Positions 20,378 through 30,929 of a stretch of 64,000 nucleotides of DNA are shown one piece after another. This DNA comes from Naegleria gruberi. Taxonomy: Eukaryota. The notes under the pieces were generated by a model. The model was not told the DNA's origin. It saw only the letters and a program-made list of their open reading frames with translations, and did not search any database. The DNA lies in assembly GCA_000004985.1 (NCBI GenBank), contig GG738877.1. The stretch is one strand, 5' to 3'. Position numbers and translations under genes: made by a program. Within the stretch, counting starts at the first letter, position 1. Each line of letters starts with the position of its first letter.

Positions 20378-22198
20378 ATGCCATCAACACAACCACGTAA
20401 ATCAGTGTCATTTACATTGGAAGATGAATTTACCTTTGAGGATGATGAACCTAAAACATCCGTTAATAATAATTTTTCATCATTTTATGATGATGATTTA
20501 TCGGATGGAAATCGTTCACCTGTATTGACAAACAACAGTACAATTGCACCACCTTCTCCAGAACTTGATTTTGATGAGGATCTAGATAATATGTCTGATT
20601 ATAACTATGAAAACAAACAGTATGAGGAAAACTTGTCACAATCACTCTCTGATATTTTGGAAAATGATGAAAAACAAGTTAAAACTGAAATAGACGAGTT
20701 ATTTGATGAATATGAAAAAGAGCAGGAAGAAGAAGAAGAAGTATCAGTTAAATCACCAATTCTTTCAATTAGATTTACTGCTCAACCAACTCAATATACT
20801 GTTTCTTCACCTACTGTTTCTAGCCCTGGCTTAAGTCAATATCAAAAAGAACAAAGAAATATTTATCAATACGATGATATTAATCAATTGTCAGTACCTA
20901 GTCAACAATCACCAAAAATCAGTCAACCAGTTGTTGAAATTGTACAAAATTCAACAATGCAAGATGATAACGAGGAAGAAAGTGCCTTTCACAAACTAGA
21001 TCCTTCTGTAAAATGTAACCCAGAAAATATTCCTACTACCAATTGTACAGAGAATAATTCACCTAAGTCACCTATTATTGTTGGTGAACAAAAGACAGTT
21101 CCCCAACCATCACAACAACAACAACTCCCTCAATCAAACCAACAACAAACAGTAATTCCAGATTCTCAAGAAATAGATATTGATTTTTCTCAATTAGAAG
21201 AAGCTTTAAATCAACCAGAAACTCCTAATGTAAATAATTCTACAATTGAAGAGGAAGTTCCAAAATCATCTCCTATTGAAATTCTAAGATCTAAAATTCC
21301 ATCATCTCCTCAAAAAAAGAAACCACTCAAGCTAGTTCAATCATACAAAGATGAAATTGTATGCACTCCAGAATTTTTACCAAATCCATCCAATATGGAC
21401 GAAATTGAGAATTCTGAAAATTCTCAAATGGAACTTGTAAAATTGGATCCAAGACCTTCTAGTCCTTCAAAACCATTATCATGGAGAGAAGCTATTTATA
21501 AGAATAGACATGCAATTTCTCCTCAAAAAGTTACACAACCAGAAAAAGAATTAGTTGCAATCAAAGATTATTTTGGTCTCACAACTTTCCAAAGAGGTAA
21601 TAATTATTCTGGTGAAGAAAGAATTTTTGAAATGACAGCAGAATTATTGGAAGTACAAGAAGGTGATGAATTAACATTTCTCTCGTCTAAATGTTGGGGA
21701 ACAGTGGAAGTTCCATATCAACAAAGTATTGTTTTTGAAGAACAAACCATGTCAATTAGAAAATGTGTTTGTTCATGTCCAGTTGAAACAAATTGTAAAC
21801 ATTCATGTGCAGCATTAATTACTTGGTTTAATTGTAAAAAGAAATCAATTCCATATCCAACATTAGATTCTGTTGGAAAGAGATTAGAGGAAACAATGAG
21901 TGAAATGAATAGATTAAGACAAGAATTGGAATCTTTAAAGAAGGAAAATGAAATTTTGAAAAGTTCAGCAAATTCTGATTACAGTTCAGGAAGTGAGGAT
22001 TTCGACATGAAAGACGCTTCAACTCCAACCAAAAATCATTCTGGATTTATTTCTTCAAATAACTTTGTGACACCAACAAGAGACCCTTCGCTTTTACCAT
22101 CTTTTATCAGTCCTTCACCTGCATCTGTTGATAATTCATCCCTGAAAAGAAAGAGAACAGATTTTTCCTTAGATCCAAATAATAAAAAGATCAAATAA
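20378..22198 (+). CDS. hypothetical S/P/Q-rich protein with SWIM-like CxC…CxH motif and C-terminal coiled coil
   Basis: 606-aa ATG ORF. The N-terminal two thirds are long and disordered. Then comes IRKCVCSCPVETNCKHSCAALITWF (CxCx7CxH, SWIM-type zinc-finger pattern), followed by RLEETMSEMNRLRQELESLKKENEILK. Confidence 0.4.
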   Translation: MPSTQPRKSVSFTLEDEFTFEDDEPKTSVNNNFSSFYDDDLSDGNRSPVLTNNSTIAPPSPELDFDEDLDNMSDYNYENKQYEENLSQSLSDILENDEKQVKTEIDELFDEYEKEQEEEEEVSVKSPILSIRFTAQPTQYTVSSPTVSSPGLSQYQKEQRNIYQYDDINQLSVPSQQSPKISQPVVEIVQNSTMQDDNEEESAFHKLDPSVKCNPENIPTTNCTENNSPKSPIIVGEQKTVPQPSQQQQLPQSNQQQTVIPDSQEIDIDFSQLEEALNQPETPNVNNSTIEEEVPKSSPIEILRSKIPSSPQKKKPLKLVQSYKDEIVCTPEFLPNPSNMDEIENSENSQMELVKLDPRPSSPSKPLSWREAIYKNRHAISPQKVTQPEKELVAIKDYFGLTTFQRGNNYSGEERIFEMTAELLEVQEGDELTFLSSKCWGTVEVPYQQSIVFEEQTMSIRKCVCSCPVETNCKHSCAALITWFNCKKKSIPYPTLDSVGKRLEETMSEMNRLRQELESLKKENEILKSSANSDYSSGSEDFDMKDASTPTKNHSGFISSNNFVTPTRDPSLLPSFISPSPASVDNSSLKRKRTDFSLDPNNKKIK

Positions 22199-22409
22199 CA
22201 ATTTTAATCCATAATTGCTGCATTATCTTGTAATCTTTATTAAGAAATTCATATTGTAATGCCAAACATCACATTATCTGCTTCATATCTCCTCTTGTAA
22301 TCTTTATTAAGCAATTCAAATTGTTCCAATCTTTTGTTGGTGTTTATCTTGAAGATAATATTGCAAACTGAATAGTGTCTGGATTTGATAAAAAATTAAT
22401 CCAGCAAAA

Positions 22410-22490
22410 CGTTGAGGATGGGATTCGAACCCACGCGGATTACTCCACCAACTTAGCAGGCTGGCGCCTTAACCACTCGGCCACCTCAAC
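22410..22490 (-). tRNA. tRNA-Ser (anticodon GCU)
   Basis: The minus-strand sequence is GTTGAGGTGGCCGAGTGGTTAAGGCGCCAGCCTGCTAAGTTGGTGGAGTAATCCGCGTGGGTTCGAATCCCATCCTCAACG. It has a 7-bp acceptor stem, a D-arm GCCGAGTGGTTAAGGC, anticodon loop CTGCTAA, a long variable arm, a TΨC arm GGGTTCGAATCCC and discriminator G. It is near-identical in architecture to metazoan tRNA-Ser(GCT). Confidence 0.85.
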
Positions 22491-22662
22491 TTCTTGTTTG
22501 TAATCATTCAAAATTTAACGGCCTTACAACCAATTGCAAAGTTGTAAACAGATGAATGTTCATACAATTATTAACCATGCAAGGAAGGACTGAAAACAGG
22601 AGATTTCTCTCGGGTCTGTTATTGATGCTTTGCAATTAATTGGTATTAATTTATATAAAAAA

Positions 22663-24904
22663 ATGATCGGACACAACCAACTCAGACGTTTATCAATTCT
22701 TGCCAATCATTTGTGCAGTGGTTTTGATGTAAATAATCAAAGTAACATCATAGAAGAAAATAGTACAAGTGGTGGAGGAAGAATTTATGATCCAACACTT
22801 AAAACACCTCCTACCATCAAAACAAGTTTTTCCCTCACTCAACAAGATGTACATTCAATTGCCAATAATTTATTAAAACCTGATTATGTAGAATTGAGAC
22901 AAAAATTATTGGATTACTTTACAAAGAATCAAGACTATTTTAAAATGTATTCTGGTTATGATGCTAAATTGGAAGAATGTAGACAAAAATCACATGATAG
23001 AGCATTGAAAATTCTCTCTCAAGAATTTGTTTCTCCAATTGATATTTTGAAAGATCCATTGAAAATTTCTCTCTTTTTGAATTCAATTCCAACTGATGTT
23101 AGTAGCTTGGTTAAATTGTCAGTCCATTTCAATTTATTTGGTGCTTGTATTGCTCACTTGGGTACAACTGAACAATTAGATAAATGGTTGGGTCCAAACA
23201 GTACATTCTCAAAGGAACTTGGTTGTTTCCTCATGTCTGAATTGGCTCATGCAAGTAGGTGATCTTTCAATTTAATATTTTTACACTAATCATCTTTTAA
23301 CAGGTAATGTTAGACAATTGGCAGTTACTGCTACCTATGATTCTTCAAGAAATGAATTTATTATTAATACTCCTGATGAAGGAGCCCAAAAGTATTGGAT
23401 TGGTAATGCATTCAAGAGTGCAACAAGTGGTGTTTTATTTGCACAATGTATTGTTGATGGTGTTAATCATGGTATTCACTCATTTGTTGTTCCATTAAGA
23501 GATCCAAAGACTATGAAGGTTTATGATAACATTTTAATTCGTGATGTTGGTATCAAGATGGCTTTGAATGGTATTGACAATGGTATGGTTGCATTCAATA
23601 ATTATAGAATTCCTGCATCCAATTTACTTGCCAGATATGCCAAGATTAATAATGGAAAATATGAAACAACCATTAAGAATGAAAATGTCAGATTTGCCAA
23701 GCATATTGGAGCTCTTCTTCAAGCTCGTTTAGGTGTTGGTAGTGGATCTATTAATGCTTTACAAATGGCTTTAATTGTTGCAATCAGATATGCACATAGA
23801 AGAGAACAATTTGGTCCACCAAAATCAAATGAATGGAAGTTAATTGAATACAAGACTCACCAAATGAGATTACTTCCACTTTTGGCTGAATCATATGCTT
23901 ACAATTTCTTCTCTTCATATTGTATGAAGAAATATGAAGAATATATGAAGAGTGGATTTAAGGAAGAATTATTGAAGAATTTGCACTTGCTTGCTTCTGT
24001 TTCTAAGGTTGTTATATCTTCAAGAAATTTGGATATTATTCAAGAATGTAGAGAATCATGTGGTGGTCAAGGTGTTTTAACTAGAAACCTTCTTCCAATT
24101 CTTAGAGTTGACTCTGAAGCCAACGTTACTTTGGATGGTGATAACCACTTGTTGTTATATCAAATCTCTGGTGTATTGTTGACTGAATATGCCAAACAAT
24201 TCAAAACATTACCAAATGTCAAGAATAATGTATTTATGTCAGCTTTGACAAATATTGTTGGTCCAAGTGTTGATGCTATTAACTCAATTTATATCATTGG
24301 AAAGGAAGGTGTTAATGATTTCTGGAGAAATGGATTACTTACTCATTATGCTAACACTTCAAAGGATCATATCCTTTCCAAAGAATTCTTGATGGGTGCT
24401 TTGCAATACAGAGAAAATAGACTTGTTCACACTCTTGCTTCCAAGATGTACAAATTGACTGAAAAATATAAGAGTTTAAATAATAACACTCACACAGCTC
24501 AATACCTTGCCCATAATGAAGCATCAACTCACAGTCTCAATTGTGCTAAGGCTTATTGTGATAAGATTATTGGTCAAATTTTCTTTGAACAACTTGATTC
24601 TATCAAATCATCCATGGGTGTCTATAGCAATGTTTACAAAATCATGCAAACAATGTGTCAACTCTTTGTCTTATCCATTATTGCTAAGGATCCATTCTTC
24701 TTAGCCAAGAAGGTTGTTGGAGCATCCAAATTCAAAGCAATTAAAAAGTTGAGAGAAGAATTGGCCACAAGTTTAGCTGGAAACTCTTTACAATTGATTG
24801 ATGCCTTTGCTATTCCAGATTTTGTTTTGGATGGCTCAATTGGTGCCAGAAATTTCCATTACATTACTTTGAATGGTTACAATCATGAAATTCAAGATAT
24901 GTAA
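22663..24904 (+). CDS. peroxisomal acyl-CoA oxidase; 2 exons
   Basis: Exon 1 is 22663-23254 (first ATG; the track ORF starts at TTG 22630). A GTAGGT donor opens a 49-nt intron (23255-23303) with a CAG acceptor. Exon 2 is 23304-24904. The junction gives …CFLMSELAHAS|NVRQLAVTATYD…EFIINTPDEGAQKYWIGNA…, matching ACOX [24 protein letters not shown]…EFVINTP…KWWIGN. The total is 2193 nt (730 aa). Confidence 0.8.
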
Positions 24905-25047
24905 AATAGAGTATTTATTCCCTCACAAAATCATCCAATTAAAATGCAATCTTGCATGATACTATTATCTCTGAAATTTACAGCAGCTGATACTAATAGC
25001 GCTTTAAATATTCGTTAAAAGCACTTTTAATTTCCTCTTAAAATAAA

Positions 25048-26283
25048 ATGCCCTCATCAGTTAAAAGCGTTTCCTCAACAAAGACGCCAAGGACGACAAC
25101 AAAATCGCCCGTTCAGAAGGATCCAATGGAGGAAATCTATAAGGATCCAAAGAAATATCAAGAATTTTATAACGAATTATTCGATAAATTAGATACAGAG
25201 AAGAGAGGATTTGATGAGTGTTCGTTCGTGTTCCTTAATACAAAGAGACCTCTCGAACCTATCATTTCTCTGCAAACATCAACAGAGGAATTATTCTATG
25301 GATCCTATGATGGTCCAATTAGATGTTTTAGTACAACTAACGGGAAAAGAACACAAACTCTAAGAGGACACAATTCTCTGATATCATCTCTTGAATTGGT
25401 TCCTAGGGCAACAGTATCAACTATCTTGGGATTGGAAGAAGATGATATCGAAGAAGAACAAACTGAAGATGAGAAGGAATTAAAGTCAAGGAATGAATTA
25501 GTTTTATTTAGTGGATCAAGGGATGGAGATATCAGATGTTGGGATTTGAAATCATCAAAATGTGCCAAGAAAATGTCATCACCAAATGGAGCTCCCATAA
25601 CAAGTATGAAGGTTTGTTTAAGGAATAATGATAGACCATTCTGTGCTAGTGGAGCTCTTAATGGAGATGTTTCGTTGTGGGATTTGGAAAAGGGTGTTAT
25701 TAGTACAGTTTATACTGGACATGCATCGAATGTTTCCTCAATTGATTATGCAGATACGAAATTGTTCAGCTCAAGTTTTGATTCTTTTGTAAAAATTGTG
25801 GATGTGGAAAAAGAAGAAATTGTATCAGTATTAAGACCAAACCAACAACCTATTAGATCAATATCAGTGAGTGGTAACGATCTATTTGTTGGTACTTCAA
25901 CAGGTGTAATTTATCAATATGATTTAAGAAATGGACAAGTGACTGGTTCGTTTAAGGGGCATGCGGATAGTGTTCTGTGCACTAGAATTTATGATGCAAA
26001 CTATCTCTTATCTGGTTCTGAAGATTCATTTGTTGTTTTGTGGGATATTAAAACAAAGGAAATGGTTCACGTATATGGAGGACACAAAGATTGTGTTACT
26101 GCCATCTCAATAACTGACCAAGATAAAAGTGTCTACTCAGGTTCATTAGATAAAACCATTAGAAGATGGGGCGCAAATAGTGCTATTCAACTTGTGCAAA
26201 AAGAAAGAGAATTAATTGAACACAAGAAACGCTTAGAAGAATTACTTGCAAAATCACGAAAGCCTGCTGCCAACACCAGATAA
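25048..26283 (+). CDS. WD40-repeat protein
   Basis: 411-aa ATG ORF with about 7 WD repeats (LRGHNSLISS, SGSRDGDIRCWDL, GALNGDVSLWDL, YTGHASNVSSIDY, FKGHADSVLC…SGSEDSFVVLWDI, YGGHKDCVTAI…SGSLDKTIRRW). A coiled-coil tail follows. No specific orthology was assigned. Confidence 0.55.
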   Translation: MPSSVKSVSSTKTPRTTTKSPVQKDPMEEIYKDPKKYQEFYNELFDKLDTEKRGFDECSFVFLNTKRPLEPIISLQTSTEELFYGSYDGPIRCFSTTNGKRTQTLRGHNSLISSLELVPRATVSTILGLEEDDIEEEQTEDEKELKSRNELVLFSGSRDGDIRCWDLKSSKCAKKMSSPNGAPITSMKVCLRNNDRPFCASGALNGDVSLWDLEKGVISTVYTGHASNVSSIDYADTKLFSSSFDSFVKIVDVEKEEIVSVLRPNQQPIRSISVSGNDLFVGTSTGVIYQYDLRNGQVTGSFKGHADSVLCTRIYDANYLLSGSEDSFVVLWDIKTKEMVHVYGGHKDCVTAISITDQDKSVYSGSLDKTIRRWGANSAIQLVQKERELIEHKKRLEELLAKSRKPAANTR

Positions 26284-26298
26284 AAAAGTTATTTGGTT

Positions 26299-27884
26299 TT
26301 ATTTAGCCAATTTGAAAAAGTTGGATGGAATGAGGCCTTGAGCTCCCGAAGAATTTTCACCAATAAACCAACCATCTGTGTTAACTTCTACTACTGTTAC
26401 AATTTCTCCTGCTTTGAAACTAATTTCTTGATCATCTTGAGCCTCATAGTCATATTGAGCTACAACCTTTGATCCCTTATTAATAGTAAGTAAATCCTCT
26501 GGTATTATTGAACCTTGAGTTTCTTCCACAAAGTTTGAAGGGAACAAACCAGTCATTCCACTATTATTAATACCTAACCACCATCCGTCGTCATTCATGG
26601 CAAGTACATTAATATAATCACCTTCCTTGATTGTAAGTTCACCTTCATCAGCCGCATCATAACCATATATACAGGTAACAGTCTTGATAACCTTTGTTGG
26701 AATTTCTTCTTCAATAGGTTTAGCAGTTGTTGTGGTTTTTTTAGGTTCAGTTGATGCATTGGTTGAAATACTGCTAACTGGAGGAGGTTGATTAATAGTT
26801 GTTGTTGGTGGTGGTGTTATTTTAACACTTGAAACAGAAGTAGTGCTACTGGTACCAACAGGGCTAACAGGAGATGAAACAGATCCATTCATTGTGGAGA
26901 ATCTCTTCTTATTAAGTTCATCTGGAATCTTAATAACATAAGGTTCAAATTGATCAGGAGCAGGTGGTCTACTGCCTGATCTAATACCACCAATAAATGT
27001 TTGAATTTCTCTTTCCTCATTCATTGATTCAAAGCTTTGTTCCATGTAATCTGATTGAGCTGTAGTACTCTTTCCGATAGCAAAGTTCATTTTAGCAAAA
27101 CGAACAAGCAAATCTTTCATTTCATTACATCTCTTTCTATCCAAAGCTTCCAAGCTTGCCATAAGAGCACCTAACTTTGCATAGTATTGTTGATCCATAT
27201 CATGTAATTTCCTAATAGCCAAATCATAATCTTCTTCAGCTTTTTTAGATCTCTTTTCATAAGTATTAACTTCCTTATTTAATTTTTCCAACTTTTTTGG
27301 TGGCATTGCATTGTCACTATAAAGAGTGAGTTGCAATTCTTCCAAGTGTTTCTTTTCTTCTTGGTCTTTTTGTTTGGCTTGTTGAGCATCATGTCTAGTA
27401 TTGTTTAGGTCCGATCTCAACTTTTTCTCCTCCTTGATTGCAGCTTTAATTGATTTAGAAAGTTCCTTTCTTAAAGCTGTAATTTCCTTGAATAAATTTT
27501 CAGATAAATCTCTTGATGAATCAAGATATTGATTACCAATAGTTTGCAAACCGGTTGCCATTCTATCAAAAGGTTCCCCAGTTTCACTGTTGTTTATGTG
27601 ATTATTGTGATGGTTAAAATTCAAAATCAAATTGAATTTTAGAGAATTACATACAATGAATTCTTTTCGGTAGTGAGTTTTGTTTTAGACAACTTTTTAC
27701 CGATTGTTTCATAGAGACTAGCTGTCTCTTTAATTAAACTTTGGAATTGTTTTACATCAGCTTTGCTCACCACCAATTTCTCTGCCAATTCTGTGAATTT
27801 ATCCCACAAATCGACTTTGTACGAATATGAAGTTGTGATCGCAACTGCAGATGGAGGCAGACCAGATAGATCGGTTGTGCTCAT
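26299..27884 (-). CDS. F-BAR/FCH-like coiled-coil protein with two C-terminal SH3 domains; 2 exons
   Basis: Exon 1 is 27655-27884 (ATG at 27884; …VDLWDKFTELAEKLVVSKADVKQFQSL…). A GTATGT donor opens a 68-nt intron (27587-27654) with a CAG acceptor. Exon 2 is 26299-27586, and the total is 1518 nt. It has long helical/coiled regions (RKELSKSIKAAIKEEKKLRSDLNNTRHDAQQAKQ…) and a Pro/Thr/Ser-rich linker. Two SH3 domains follow (YGYDAADEGELTIKEGDYINVLAMNDDGWWLGINNSGMTGLFPSNFVEE and AQYDYEAQDDQEISFKAGEIVTVVEVNTDGWFIGENSSGAQGLIPSNFFK). Confidence 0.55.
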
Positions 27885-28142
27885 TTTTTTGTTGTGATGA
27901 TTTACTTGTTGATTTTAGACGAGGAAAGATTGATGATTTGTTGTTGTCGTGAAAGAAATTGCTGCTGCTGTTATTGGGTTGGTTTGTTATCCTCAGTGGT
28001 ATGAAATGGATGGTTGTTTGGGGCAAAAAAAGGATTGAGGTGGATGTGTTTTTTTTTGAATTGTCATATCTCGTTTGACTGTAATTTTGGCGGCAGCAGA
28101 GAGAATCAGGTTCATTTGACGATAAAATAATAAGTAAAAGGA

Positions 28143-28231
28143 AGGGTGGTACGTGGATCGAACACGTGACCATCGGATGTCTGCTGCAAATAACATTGCA
28201 ATCCGGTGCTCTACCGCTGAGCTAACCACCC
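28143..28231 (-). tRNA. tRNA-Cys (anticodon GCA) with ~17-nt intron
   Basis: The minus-strand sequence is GGGTGGTTAGCTCAGCGGTAGAGCACCGGATTGCAA[tgttatttgcagcagac]ATCCGATGGTCACGTGTTCGATCCACGTACCACCC followed by T. The acceptor stem is GGGTGGT/ACCACCC. The D-arm TAGCTCAGCGGTAGAGCA is identical in pattern to eukaryotic tRNA-Cys. The anticodon loop is TTGCAA with the intron 1 nt 3' of the anticodon. The TΨC arm is ACGTGTTCGATCCACGT and the discriminator is U, as expected for Cys. Confidence 0.7.
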
Positions 28232-28492
28232 TGTTGATGAATGCAAAATATACCTACACGCTGTCTACTCTAAATCATTGAGTTGTTTGATTGTTATTGA
28301 GATTATTGAGATATTATGATGTCTACTAACAGTAACACTTTCAAGTTCAAAATAATACAATTTGGTTGATAAGTAAAATACTTGTTGTATTTATTATTCA
28401 AAATTGTGGCGGTTTACTCAGATTGGGAAGGAATTTAAAAGATATATTATTTACAATTGGTTGGGGATTGGAAGAATGATAATGTTAGAAGA

Positions 28493-29596
28493 CTAGTGTT
28501 GGTGCATTTGAAGTGCTTGCTTTTCAATGAAAGAGTTAACCAAATAGTTAAAATCAACGTTAATTCTATAAAATCTAAGTAATGATTTTGCTTTCTGTTC
28601 TCTCTTCATTACTTTTCCATTTCTAGAGTTTCTCTTCTCGGCAAAAATTGTTATTGTACTCTTTTTCATTGCACAACATTTCAGTCTATTTTCCTTAATC
28701 AATAAATCTCTATCATATTTACCAACAACAATATGATGATGTTGATTAAAACACAATGATCCATTCTTAATAGGTTCAGAGTTTTGAATTTGTCTAGAAA
28801 TCTCTTCTGATTTTTGAATCTCAAATGTTGATGGTTGGTGAGTTGGATTTGAACTAGTTTGGGGAGAGTTATCAATTTTAAGAGTGACGTTTGGTTGATT
28901 GTTTTCAAATATTTGGAGAGAGTGGTTGGAATGAGAATTTTGTAGGATGGAATGGAAATCTTCTTCTAGAGAGAGTGATTGATTAGTTTCTTCATCATCT
29001 GACATGTCAGAAACCGAGTCATCATCATCTTCTTCTTCATCTTCTGGTATTTCTTGAAAGTGTTGTGGTTCAATAACTTCATATGGATTAAAGCTAGTTG
29101 TTTCTTCAGTTGTTTGAGGAGCTAAACATTGAGAAATCTTCATATGTGACTTGATCATTTGAATTCTCCCAAGAGTTGTATAGTAATTATTGTCACCATT
29201 TTCATTGGCAAGATATTCTTCACTATTCATATCTTCAATTAATTTTTCAGTTTCCTTTACAATATCTGAAACATGAGAGCAAAATACCTCATTATCTTGT
29301 CTTTTAAGATCTTGCAATGGGTCACTTGAAACAGTTCTTAATAAATGTTGGACATATCTGGATCTCAATTCAACAATGAATTGATAAAGATGAGGTTTAT
29401 GAACCAATGACTGTAATGGAATTGAAAAGAGTCTATCCATTGGTACTCGGAATAAGCGTTGTTGTTCTTGTTGATGTGAATGGAGGTGGGAATGTTGAGT
29501 TGTTGGTTGATGATTAACTACTCTACAGTGAGGAGTTGTTGTTGTATTGTTAGGAGTTGCTGTTTGAATAGAAGGTTGGGCTGATGATTGATTCAT
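28493..29596 (-). CDS. hypothetical protein (His/Gln/Thr-rich N-terminus, acidic middle, basic C-terminal region)
   Basis: The track ORF 28493-29611 starts at TTG, and the first ATG is at 29596 (MNQSSAQPS…). The C-terminus NGSLCFNQHHHIVVGKYDRDLLIKENRLKCCAMKKSTITIFAEKRNSRNGKVMKREQKAKSLLRFYRINV has no confidently recognised domain. Confidence 0.35.
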   Translation of the reverse strand: MNQSSAQPSIQTATPNNTTTTPHCRVVNHQPTTQHSHLHSHQQEQQRLFRVPMDRLFSIPLQSLVHKPHLYQFIVELRSRYVQHLLRTVSSDPLQDLKRQDNEVFCSHVSDIVKETEKLIEDMNSEEYLANENGDNNYYTTLGRIQMIKSHMKISQCLAPQTTEETTSFNPYEVIEPQHFQEIPEDEEEDDDDSVSDMSDDEETNQSLSLEEDFHSILQNSHSNHSLQIFENNQPNVTLKIDNSPQTSSNPTHQPSTFEIQKSEEISRQIQNSEPIKNGSLCFNQHHHIVVGKYDRDLLIKENRLKCCAMKKSTITIFAEKRNSRNGKVMKREQKAKSLLRFYRINVDFNYLVNSFIEKQALQMHQH

Positions 29597-30929
29597 CTTT
29601 ATGTACAACAAGTTAGGATTTGAAAATGTATGAGGAGGACTATTAGAAATGCAATAAAAATAGCAGTATAAATTGTCGTCTTGTATATTCGCTTATTATT
29701 TGTAGCAGCGTTAGATGTTGTGCTATTTCTTTTATATTGGATGATGATGGAGATTTGATTGAGAGAAGAAATAGCCAACAAAAAAACCCAGAGAATCGAA
29801 CATTTTGACAAAATGGGAGAATATGAGCACAAAAAGCATCACCATCATCTGTGATACCGTTGGCAAGGTGCGAAAAATACTTTCAAGAATTTGTGACTGC
29901 TATTTTTAAGAGAGGATCAACCTGAAAGGAGACAAAAAGCGTTTGAATGAAAAATTGCCCCAGAATCATCTCTAGCAATAAAAAGAGCACGAGCTTGATA
30001 AATTTGATCTTTTTTCTTACACTACAAAAAAGTACATATTTTGTTCCTCAGTTAAAGTTTCTGTTGAATAATTGAACCTCTTCACTACTGTTCTCTTAAT
30101 AAATTGTTTGTTGTATTAAATCCTCAAGAACTCATTCATTTTAAAGAATCACAGGTTAATATTAAGAATCGTTGCTTTATTACACAACCTCTCTCTTTAT
30201 TTAGTACCACGGAATGAGAGAGGAAGGTTGACCTCAAAAAAGCTATTCGGGTGCTTTGAAAAAATTATCCTACCGGAAGTTAATAGTCCTCAACACCATT
30301 GCCGAAACTGTCGCAATTATTCGTTAAATTGAAAAAGAAGCGTAAGGGTTACCCAATAATGAAAGAAAGTTGCGATTTACAATAAAAGTTGAATGGGTTG
30401 TATAAAATATTCAGTTTCAATTACAAATATTCAAATTCAATAATTCTGAAATGAAGATTTCAATTAGAACGTAACCTATTTACTTGAACAGAGAGAAGCA
30501 TCAACAGATGTTTTAAACTGAGGAATGATGGATTAGAATCTGGATTGGGATTTAAATGAATTTAGAGAATTAAATTCCTCAACTCTGGTCGGTTGATTTA
30601 CCAATATTGTTTGCTGAATTGAGGTTACTTTTTTGGCTTTTTCGGTACATAATAATGTTTTGGTAATTTGCTAAAAACACCATATCTAGAACTTGTTTTT
30701 GGAACTTAAACAACCCAAAATAAAAGTTTACAAAATATTCAAACCAACAAATTATACAAAAGGAATACTGTTTGTAATTGTTATAGTTGATCTTATTGGA
30801 AGTTAACAGTAGATGGATTACAATAATTACATTAGCTTTATTTTCTTTATAAATTTGAGAATTTGAAAAGAATTGGGATTCATTTGTATTTATTTACATT
30901 ACAAGTTGGCTATTATTTACATTGATATT

